A stretch of DNA of 64,000 bases from the NCBI GenBank assembly GCA_903936645.1, contig CAIZWI010000183.1, positions 5,835 to 69,834 of the forward strand. The letters run 5' to 3'. This DNA comes from an uncultured Verrucomicrobia subdivision 3 bacterium (GTDB lineage Bacteria > Verrucomicrobiota > Verrucomicrobiia > Limisphaerales > UBA11358). Positions 45,211-52,812 of the stretch are shown one piece after another (the first letter of the stretch is position 1; the number at the start of each line of letters is the position of its first letter). The translations under genes were made by a program, and so were the position numbers. Below the pieces are notes generated by a model, which had not been told where the DNA came from, made no database searches, and was given only the letters and a program-made list of their open reading frames with translations.

Positions 45211-45270
45211 CAAGTTGTCAAAGCTGCCCGCGACTCCCGCAGGCGGGGAGTCCGGCCTGGCGGCCATGGT

Positions 45271-46386
45271 TTACGGGGAAACCAGTTTGAAAAAGGCCTG
45301 GGCTTTGGCGGTGTTGTTGGTATAGCCAAACGTGCCGCTGGCGGAAAAGGTGTTGGTATACACCGGCGTCCAAGTGGCCACGGCCGCGTTCAAATTGGTG
45401 GTGCTGAGAATGCGATACTGCACGCCGGCAGGGCAGTTCATGCCGCCAAATACCAGATTGCTGCCCACCAGGGTTGGTTTGGCGAGCGTGGGGGCGGCCG
45501 AAACCACCACCAAAGCCGATTTGGTAATCGTGTTGTTGCCCCCGGGACCGGTGGCCTTCAAACTGACCGTGTAGCTGCCCGCCGCCGCGTAAGTGTTCGT
45601 GGCATTGCTGGAAACCGTGTTCGTGTAAGTGTGGCCGTCGCCAAATGTCCACAGCCAGTTGGTGATAGTACCAGTGGAGGTATCCCCAAAAACGACTTTC
45701 AGCGGGGCAAAGCCCGCGACCGGCGTGCCCGTAAAACCAGCCACCGGAGCGGTGACAACCGAAACCTTCGAATAGGTTAACACGCCGCTGGTGCTCAAGG
45801 TAAAGTTACCGGAAAGGACCGGGTTCGATCCATCCGCCTGTACTTGCCAGAAGCTGGCCGTGGCCTGCCCGACCACATTCGGATTAACGATGGCATTGAC
45901 AAAGGCAGAGGCGGGGGTGCCACTGATGGTTTGGCCGTTCCAACTGTTGGGATCCGTGTTCACGATCGTCAGGGTGTCCCCCGAACCGGTATTATAAATA
46001 CCCCCCGGAAAATTTTGCAGGATGCTGTTGATACCGGTATCCGCCGCATTGAACTGGGCCTTGTTGGCGGCGGCGGGTGCCTGGCCACTGGTGGTAAGCC
46101 AATAAGTGTTCACCCCGGAAAAATTCGGCAGAAAGGAGTCCGCCGCGCCGGCATCCCCCACCACGCCCCAATTGACTGTGGTGAGGCTCACGCCCGTGAG
46201 CTGGCTGGCCAGATTCCACGTTTGACCGTTCACCAAAGAGGTGACCGGCCCGAGGTCGAGTAAATGGTCGTTGCCGGACTGGGTGGTAAAACCCACGATG
46301 AGGTCCCCGTAGGATTCGGCTTTCACTGAGGCCACACTGCTCAGACTGACCGCCACGAGGAAGCACGCTTTAAATGTTTTATTCAT
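45271..46386 (-). CDS. Exported protein: shared N-terminal domain (paralogue of 49856-50578), PKD domain and C-terminal 'FYRL-type' domain
   Basis: Signal peptide MNKTFKACFLVAVSLSSVASVKA. AESYGDLIVGFTTQ is identical in the paralogue. PKD signature FGDGHTYTNTVSSNATNTYAAAGSYTVSLKATGPGG. The C-terminus reads VQYRILSTTNLNAAVATWTPV...AFFKLVSP. Confidence 0.8.
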   Translation of the reverse strand: MNKTFKACFLVAVSLSSVASVKAESYGDLIVGFTTQSGNDHLLDLGPVTSLVNGQTWNLASQLTGVSLTTVNWGVVGDAGAADSFLPNFSGVNTYWLTTSGQAPAAANKAQFNAADTGINSILQNFPGGIYNTGSGDTLTIVNTDPNSWNGQTISGTPASAFVNAIVNPNVVGQATASFWQVQADGSNPVLSGNFTLSTSGVLTYSKVSVVTAPVAGFTGTPVAGFAPLKVVFGDTSTGTITNWLWTFGDGHTYTNTVSSNATNTYAAAGSYTVSLKATGPGGNNTITKSALVVVSAAPTLAKPTLVGSNLVFGGMNCPAGVQYRILSTTNLNAAVATWTPVYTNTFSASGTFGYTNNTAKAQAFFKLVSP

Positions 46387-46569
46387 TTTAATGATTGAAA
46401 ATTGAACAAATAGACTAGGGACTAATCAGCGGGTTAACCATCGGTTTACGGCCACTGTATGGCGGAATCCAGACATTCAGACAAAATGCCATTAAACCAA
46501 TGGGCGGCAACGATTTAAAGTTTAAAATAAGTGCGGACATTCAGGTATGCTTACCGTGTTCGGACAATT

Positions 46570-46605
46570 GTAACCCAGCGGGGATTTTAGTCACCAATTC
46601 GTAAC
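46570..46605 (+). promoter_or_regulatory. Phased GTAAC/GTCAC pentamers upstream of the Sel1-repeat gene
   Basis: GTAAC at 46570, GTCAC at 46590, GTAAC at 46601. The 9-mer TGTAACCCA also occurs at 51100-51108. The function is hypothetical. Confidence 0.3.
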
Positions 46606-46758
46606 ATTCCAGGTCTTTTCCGAGCGTGGCAGCTTGTTATTCTAGTTGGCAGCTGCATTAAAGCGCAGTTCAACTGCCGATTGAAAGATATGGAACCAGT
46701 GATCCCGCCTGCCAGGCCAGGAGCGGAACAAACCAATGGTGGGAACGGCCAAACCCCA

Positions 46759-47658
46759 ATGCTTTGGCGAACATGGCTGAGGCTAGCCATTCTTTTGACA
46801 CTTGCCGACCATGGCGCGCTGGCGGACCAATTTACCATTGCCACCGCCTCGGCGGCTGCGGCAAAGGGTAATCCTCAGGCGCAGTATTATCTGGCCAGGC
46901 ATTATGCCAGGGGAGACGGGGTGCCATTGGATACCGCACAGGCGGCCAAGTGGATGCGCCAGGCGGCGGACCAGGGACTGGCGTTTGCGCAAAATGATCT
47001 CGGAGTGCTTTATGCTCACGGTCGGGGGGTGCCCCAGGATTTTGCCATCGCGGCGCAATGGTATCGGCGGGCGGCCGAAAACGGCGATGCCTTGGGTCAA
47101 TACAGCTATGGCCAATGTTGTTTGCAGGGCCGGGGAGTGCCCCAAGATGTGTCGGCCGCAACCAACTGGCTTCAAAAAGCGGCCTTACAGCATCAGCCGG
47201 ACGCCCTGCTCGCACTGGGCAACCTCTACTTCGCGGGGCAACCCAGTTTGCCCAAAAATTTGGAGACCGCCCGACGGTGGTACGAAGAAGCCGTAGCTGC
47301 CGGTTGTGTCGGCGCACTCAATACCTTGGGTCTGATCTATCAATATGGCGGTCCGGGGGTGGCGAAAGACGCCGCCCGCGCCGTCCAGTGTTATCGGCAG
47401 GCGGCCGAGCAGGGGGATGACCAGGGGCAGATGAATCTGGCTTGCTTGTATCGTGATGGTGCCGGTGTGCCGCGGGATTTAGTGGCAGCCTACCAGTGGT
47501 TTTATCTCGCCAGCCAGGCGGGTAATGGCGTGGCGAAACACTATCTCCAGGAATTAAACGGCACCGGGCCGCTCGCCACCAGTCCGTTGATCACCACGAA
47601 TGAAATTACGGAAGCCCTTCAACGGGCTGAGGCCTTTTCCCAACGGCGGAAGCATTGA
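46759..47658 (+). CDS. Secreted Sel1-repeat (TPR-like) protein
   Basis: Seven or so Sel1 units, e.g. AQYYLARHYARGDGVPLDTAQAAKWMRQAADQGLAFAQNDLGVLYAHGRGVPQD. ATG 46759 gives the signal peptide MLWRTWLRLAILLTLADHGALA. The ORF is open from 46681. Confidence 0.85.
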   Translation: MLWRTWLRLAILLTLADHGALADQFTIATASAAAAKGNPQAQYYLARHYARGDGVPLDTAQAAKWMRQAADQGLAFAQNDLGVLYAHGRGVPQDFAIAAQWYRRAAENGDALGQYSYGQCCLQGRGVPQDVSAATNWLQKAALQHQPDALLALGNLYFAGQPSLPKNLETARRWYEEAVAAGCVGALNTLGLIYQYGGPGVAKDAARAVQCYRQAAEQGDDQGQMNLACLYRDGAGVPRDLVAAYQWFYLASQAGNGVAKHYLQELNGTGPLATSPLITTNEITEALQRAEAFSQRRKH

Positions 47659-47696
47659 CCCGGAAAAAGCGAACTGGCATTAACCACCTGCCGGGG

Positions 47697-48488
47697 TTAT
47701 TGGGCATGGCCGAGGGTGGCCATTTGGTAATTTTCAAAAAAGTTAACTCCCAGCATGAGGCGCAGCATGTCATCGGCGGCGGGTTGGGCTTTTTGCCAGC
47801 GTTCGAGATAGGCGGGATCGTCCGGGTTTTGGTTTTGACCGCCAATATCCTTTAAGAAGCTCTGGCGAACGTCGTTAATGATGGCGATTTGATCAGGCGT
47901 CAGGCTCAGGGCAGCCGGGTCAATATTTTGAAAAGCCAAAGGCAGTGCCACTGGAGGTTGGGAGTTCGCCATTTCCTGGGAGGTGGCTGCGATGGTGGCG
48001 GGGTCTTCGGTGGGAGCCGGTTTGAGGCCCAATAAATCGCTGATTTCGGCGGCTTCCGCTCCCGGTAAGAGTTGGCGTTCAGTCTTCAAGGCTTGCTCGG
48101 AATTGAGCGCCCCCAAGCGAACCGACCAGGAGGCCCCAGCCAGCTCGGCGAGTTTCTGGTCCAAAGCCGCGTAACGTTGGGCGAAGACGGCATGCACATC
48201 CGCCGAGACAATCGCTCGCACACTGATTTCCGGGCAGCCACTGGCGCGGAGGTTGTGGACATACGTCCGATAATCTTTCGATGCCAACTGACTCCAGCGA
48301 AAAGGCTTGGCTTCCGGGTGGGACTGCACTTGGATTACAGCGGGTGAGGATATCAGGGTCGGCGCGGTGAGCGGGGCGGGCGACGGCAGGGCAGGGGCCG
48401 GCCGGTGGGTGAGTACGTAAACCAGCGAGGCCACCAAGAGGCCATTGAGCAGCAGGCCGGTTTTAAATAGCAGCGAAGTGGCATTCAT
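47697..48488 (-). CDS. Hypothetical membrane-anchored protein
   Basis: 263 aa. N-terminal TM segment LLFKTGLLLNGLLVASLVYVL. Motif FRWSQLASKDYRTYVHNLRASGCPEISVRAIV. No named family recognised. Confidence 0.6.
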   Translation of the reverse strand: MNATSLLFKTGLLLNGLLVASLVYVLTHRPAPALPSPAPLTAPTLISSPAVIQVQSHPEAKPFRWSQLASKDYRTYVHNLRASGCPEISVRAIVSADVHAVFAQRYAALDQKLAELAGASWSVRLGALNSEQALKTERQLLPGAEAAEISDLLGLKPAPTEDPATIAATSQEMANSQPPVALPLAFQNIDPAALSLTPDQIAIINDVRQSFLKDIGGQNQNPDDPAYLERWQKAQPAADDMLRLMLGVNFFENYQMATLGHAQ

Positions 48489-48537
48489 GGGGACAGTCTT
48501 AGATGGTGGATTTTTAAAGCTGTTCGCGCTGGGTGGG

Positions 48538-48576
48538 CAAAAGGAAAAGGCCGGCGTGAACCCAGTTCACGCCGGC
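48538..48576 (-). terminator. Rho-independent terminator of gene 48601-49788
   Basis: 12-bp perfect stem GCCGGCGTGAAC-cca-GTTCACGCCGGC (48550-48576), followed on the minus strand by CTTTTCCTTTTG. Confidence 0.75.
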
Positions 48577-48600
48577 GTAGGTCAAACAACGAATAACAAC

Positions 48601-49788
48601 TTAGTTGTGGGCCGGGTCGGTGGCCGGGTTCGTACGGGTCGCATGCATGGCCGAGAGGGGGATCACGAGGTTGCCGTCCGCCTGGGCGCTGATGCCCGTG
48701 GTGACGCTGGTCAAGGAAGCATAGACGTTCCCGATGTTGGCGCTCTGGCCGGCATAGGTGTTGGGGGTTTGATAAACATATTCATTGCCCCAGAAGGAGT
48801 AGGTGCCTTCTTCGACCGCGGCGACGCTGTAAGCCACGCCGTTGTAGCTCAGCACGGTGGCACCCGCCACAACGGCTGCGTTGGCATCACTCACGCCGAG
48901 GTAACCAATGGCAGAATAACCAGTGGTGCCCACGGAGTTGACCTTGTCCAAAGCGGCCGTGGTGTTTTTGCCCAGGGTGTTGGCGAGGGCGCCGCCCGAG
49001 GACTGGCCATAGTCACCAATATAGGTGTTGATGCCGTGCGAGGTGGCTTCAACGAGCATGGAACCGTCGGCGGAGCTGATCGTGATCTGTTTCGGGGAGG
49101 TGGCCACGCCGAAGCCAGCGTCACCAAAGGCGTTCACGCGGGTGCCGGAGGAACTGTCGCGACCAGCCACATAGACGTAGCTGTTCGTATCGGTGGCCAC
49201 GCCGGTGAACACGGCGAGTTTGGCGCCGCCGTTCAAAGCCTGACGGATTTGGGAATCCGTGATGTTGCTGCCGGTCCAGTTGCCCGGATTGCGCACCCAC
49301 TTGAAAGGGACAACGCCAACTTTAGCGCCCGTGAGCGTGGCAAGATTTTTGCCGGAGGGGGAATAAGCCTGGGCATTGTCGGCCAGAGCCAGGTCCACTG
49401 GGTGGGCCGTGGTGGCGGGGGTGGCGGTCGAGTCTGAGTTCGAGGTCTGGCCCGTGATCTGGGAATCGGAAATGAAGGATTCAGTTTTGCCGGGGGTCGC
49501 CACGTCCACGATCCCAGCTTCGGAGCCGGACCAGTAGCAGTTGATGATGGTGGTACCGCTGCCGCCCACCAGCGTGCCTTGGAACGCCATATAGGTGTCG
49601 CCGTTGCCTTTGCCACCGAATGCGGTGATCACCGGGGCGGTCGTGAAAACGGAGCCGGGATTGATCATCGTGGCGTAGACCGCCGCGCGGGCAGCGGTGG
49701 AACCAGTAACGAAGATTTCGTCGGCGTTGGCCAGACCAGCCACGCTCAAACCGAGGGCGGCCAGCAAAATGGATTTATTGATTTGCAT
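48601..49788 (-). CDS. Secreted protein with PstS-like periplasmic-binding-protein (type 2) fold features
   Basis: Signal peptide MQINKSILLAALGLSVAGLANA. GSTAARAAV near the N-terminus, SGSEAGI, VDLALADN and a late YSFWGNEYVY resemble the phosphate-binding-protein-like family. The function call is weak. Confidence 0.45.
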   Translation of the reverse strand: MQINKSILLAALGLSVAGLANADEIFVTGSTAARAAVYATMINPGSVFTTAPVITAFGGKGNGDTYMAFQGTLVGGSGTTIINCYWSGSEAGIVDVATPGKTESFISDSQITGQTSNSDSTATPATTAHPVDLALADNAQAYSPSGKNLATLTGAKVGVVPFKWVRNPGNWTGSNITDSQIRQALNGGAKLAVFTGVATDTNSYVYVAGRDSSSGTRVNAFGDAGFGVATSPKQITISSADGSMLVEATSHGINTYIGDYGQSSGGALANTLGKNTTAALDKVNSVGTTGYSAIGYLGVSDANAAVVAGATVLSYNGVAYSVAAVEEGTYSFWGNEYVYQTPNTYAGQSANIGNVYASLTSVTTGISAQADGNLVIPLSAMHATRTNPATDPAHN

Positions 49789-49855
49789 AATTTAGGATTA
49801 ATTTAGTTGTGGTTAATGTTGAATGAGTTTCTTAATGGTTTTCAGGAGTAATGAA

Positions 49856-50578
49856 TCAGGCAGTTTTGCGAACGGTGGATTTGCGGAAGGCCAGGAGCGC
49901 CACGCCGGCACCCAGGAGCAGACCGTAAGTGGAGGGTTCCGGCACCGAGTTGAAGCTCAGGTTGCCAGAGGAGTCCAGATTGAACTGGCCCACGGCGACG
50001 GGGGCGGAGACGCCATCATCCGCCACCTGCCAAAGGATGGCCGCACCCTGATTGACGGCGTTAGGATTGCCATAGGCGTTCACAAAATTGCTGGTCTTGG
50101 TGCCATTGATGGTCTGGGTGTTCCAGCTATTGTCATCCGTCGCGGCGATGGAGGTGTTATCGCCCGGATTAGTATTGGCAGACTTCCCGGGAAACTGATT
50201 CAGAATGCTGGTAATGCCGGTGTCGGCCGCGCCGAACACGCTCTTATTGGCGGCCACGGGGGCGGCCCCAGAGGTGGTGGCCCACAGGGTGTCATAGCTG
50301 CCGGAGAGCGTGGTCAAAAAGCCGCCATTGGAGGTATAGTCAGCCGCATAAGCGTCTCCGATGACACCGAAAGTGTAAGCGCCGCTGGTGAGGCCCAAGG
50401 CAGAAGCCGTCCAGGTTTGTCCGATGTTGAGCGAGGCCAGATTGCCCAGATCGTAGAGGTGGTCAGTGCCGGTTTGAGTGGTGAAACCAACGATCAAATC
50501 GCCGTAGGATTCGGCTTTGACCGCCGGGACACTGGCCAGACCGATGGCCGCCAGGAGAACTAATTTGTACATCTTCAT
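49856..50578 (-). CDS. PEP-CTERM-anchored exported protein (paralogue of the N-terminal domain of 45271-46386)
   Basis: Signal peptide. AESYGDLIVGFTTQTGTDHLYDLG... is colinear with the paralogue over ~200 aa. The C-terminus VPEPSTYGLLLGAGVALLAFRKSTVRKTA is a PEP-CTERM motif. Confidence 0.85.
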   Translation of the reverse strand: MKMYKLVLLAAIGLASVPAVKAESYGDLIVGFTTQTGTDHLYDLGNLASLNIGQTWTASALGLTSGAYTFGVIGDAYAADYTSNGGFLTTLSGSYDTLWATTSGAAPVAANKSVFGAADTGITSILNQFPGKSANTNPGDNTSIAATDDNSWNTQTINGTKTSNFVNAYGNPNAVNQGAAILWQVADDGVSAPVAVGQFNLDSSGNLSFNSVPEPSTYGLLLGAGVALLAFRKSTVRKTA

Positions 50579-51100
50579 GTTAATGTGGTTGTTTGGTTAA
50601 TTGTGTTCTGCGCGCTGTCGCATCCAAGGTCGCAATACCGCATGAGCCGCTGTGCCTCATATGGTTTGAGTGCGAAAAGACTACGGGAATTGGGCGGTTG
50701 TGACTTCATGCTGGCGGACAGGACGCGGCAGTTTTAGTACAAGGTTGAAAATTACATAAATAATTAAACATTAATAGGTTGTGAATACATTGTGGCAGGA
50801 TGGCCGTTTTTTTTGCGCGTCGTTGCAAGAAGGTTACATCTGACCCCGCCCGCCAAGGCGAACTTTGGGTCTAACCAGCGAGGCAAAGCCAGGCGGCGGG
50901 CTAATATCAAAATTCGAACTCCCATGTTCAGGGAGTTTCTGGCTGCATTTTAACATTTTGCCACAGGGGCTCGCGATGAGATGGAGCCGAATTGGCCATT
51001 GCAGAACAGGGTAACGACCAATCCCCGCCGGGGCGGAAATTTAAATTTATTCGAGTCAAAACCGTGCAGCTTCCAGGCAAACGTCAAGGCGCGTGTCTTT

Positions 51101-51127
51101 GTAACCCAATTGTAACAAATGCGTCAC
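51101..51127 (+). promoter_or_regulatory. Three GTAAC/GTCAC pentamers at exact 11-bp spacing upstream of the porin-TpsB-TpsA unit
   Basis: GTAAC at 51101, GTAAC at 51112, GTCAC at 51123, ending 34 nt before ATG 51161. The function is hypothetical. Confidence 0.35.
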
Positions 51128-51160
51128 TGTTTTGTCGCTGGGTCCAGATAGTATCCGTCG

Positions 51161-52756
51161 ATGCAAAATATGACTTCTTCGCTGCCGACTGTTTGCCGTC
51201 TGGCCCTAGTGGCGATGGCCGGGGTTATCCTGCCGCTTCATACCATGCAGGGAGCGGACAATGCCGACCCGGTGCTGGGGCTGATGCTCGAGAAGGGGAT
51301 GATTACCCAGGAGGAGGCGGCGAAGGTGCAATCGCAAGTTGATGCCCTGCACACCAACCCGGCGGCCCAATTTCCGGCATCGCAATGGAAAATCAGTTCC
51401 GGTTTCAAGGACTTGGAGATTTACGGGGATGCGCGGCTGCGTTATGAAGGCCGCACCGCCACGGATCCCAAGGGTGGCAGCATTGACCTCAATCGCTTGC
51501 GTTATGCGGTTCGCCTGGGCTTGCGCGGCGAATTGTACGATGATTTTTATTACGGCTTGCGCGTGGAAACCGGGGCCAATCCCCGTTCCCCGTTTGTGAC
51601 GGCCGGCACTTCCTCCACCACCACGCCCGTGCCTTATCAGGGACCCTTCGGCAAGTCCAACTCCGGGATCAGCATTGGCCAGGTATATTTTGGCTGGCAC
51701 CCCGAGGATTGGTTTGACGTCACCTTGGGCAAAATGCCCAATCCACTTTACTCCTCCAGCATGGTGTGGAGCCCCACCATCAACCCCGAGGGCATCGCCG
51801 AACATTTAAAATACACGGTGGGCGAAGCCGACTTTTTCGCCAATTTCAGCCAGTTCCTCTACCAGGACACGAATCCGACGAAAACCTCGGACGGCTATTT
51901 CAATCCCCTCACGACTTACAGTTCCACCCTGCCCTTCATGCTCGCCTGGCAGGCCGGGGTGAACTTTCACATCACCAAGAAAATTTCGTTCAAGGTGGGA
52001 CCGACCCTCTATAATTATACCAGCTTCCTCAATGGCGTGCCGCCGGGGCAGGACAATGTGTCCGCACCCGGATTCTACGGTACTTATGTGGGGCAGGGTA
52101 CTCCAACCGGGGTAAACAGTGTGGCGGCTGCGTATAACCTGGCCCCGAACGGTGGTGGTTTTGACGGCTTTGCGGCCAATCAAACCGGCATCAATGATTT
52201 GCTGGTGCTGGAAATTCCCTTCGAGCTGAATATCAAACTGGACCAACACGACCTGCGTTTCTTTGGCGATTACGCCCAAAATTTGCATGGGGCGCAACGG
52301 GCCCAGGCCGCCTATGAAGCCGCTAATTCCTCCTATTTTTCGGCGAGCGGGGCTGGCTACGCGATTAATACCATTTCCTCCCCCCAGACTCATGATGTGA
52401 CCGCCTACCAAATTGGCGCGGCTTATGGCAGCCAGGACAGTCTGGGGCTGGTCAACGGGGCCACCGCCAAACGGCACGCGTGGGAAATTCGTTCCTACTG
52501 GCAGCACGTGGAGCAATACTCGCTGGATCCCAACCTCATTGACTTGGACTTCATGGAAGGCGTGGAAAATTTGCAAGGGGTATATGTCGCTGCGGCGTAT
52601 GGGATTACCGACAACCTGATCGGCACCTTCCGTTATGGGCATGCCAGCCGCATCAACAGCAAGCTGGGCACCGGCGGGAGCGGACAGGATATTCCGCAAA
52701 TGAACCCCATCAACGATTACGACCTGTTTCAAGTGGATTTGACCTTGAAATTCTGA
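51161..52756 (+). CDS. Outer-membrane beta-barrel protein ('putative porin' type)
   Basis: Signal peptide. N-terminal helix LMLEKGMITQEEAAKVQ. Alternating beta-strand composition throughout. The terminal residues ...FQVDLTLKF end in Phe, as in OM barrels. Confidence 0.7.
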   Translation: MQNMTSSLPTVCRLALVAMAGVILPLHTMQGADNADPVLGLMLEKGMITQEEAAKVQSQVDALHTNPAAQFPASQWKISSGFKDLEIYGDARLRYEGRTATDPKGGSIDLNRLRYAVRLGLRGELYDDFYYGLRVETGANPRSPFVTAGTSSTTTPVPYQGPFGKSNSGISIGQVYFGWHPEDWFDVTLGKMPNPLYSSSMVWSPTINPEGIAEHLKYTVGEADFFANFSQFLYQDTNPTKTSDGYFNPLTTYSSTLPFMLAWQAGVNFHITKKISFKVGPTLYNYTSFLNGVPPGQDNVSAPGFYGTYVGQGTPTGVNSVAAAYNLAPNGGGFDGFAANQTGINDLLVLEIPFELNIKLDQHDLRFFGDYAQNLHGAQRAQAAYEAANSSYFSASGAGYAINTISSPQTHDVTAYQIGAAYGSQDSLGLVNGATAKRHAWEIRSYWQHVEQYSLDPNLIDLDFMEGVENLQGVYVAAAYGITDNLIGTFRYGHASRINSKLGTGGSGQDIPQMNPINDYDLFQVDLTLKF

Positions 52757-52812
52757 GTTGCGAACCCGTCGGGGGACCATGGAGCGGCCCTGACCAATTC
52801 AGAACCTAAAAC

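Noticed and set aside
46681-46758. TTG start at 46681 for the Sel1-repeat gene.
   Set aside because: The first 26 codons are polar and precede a good signal peptide that begins at ATG 46759. The shorter model was preferred, though the upstream start is not excluded.
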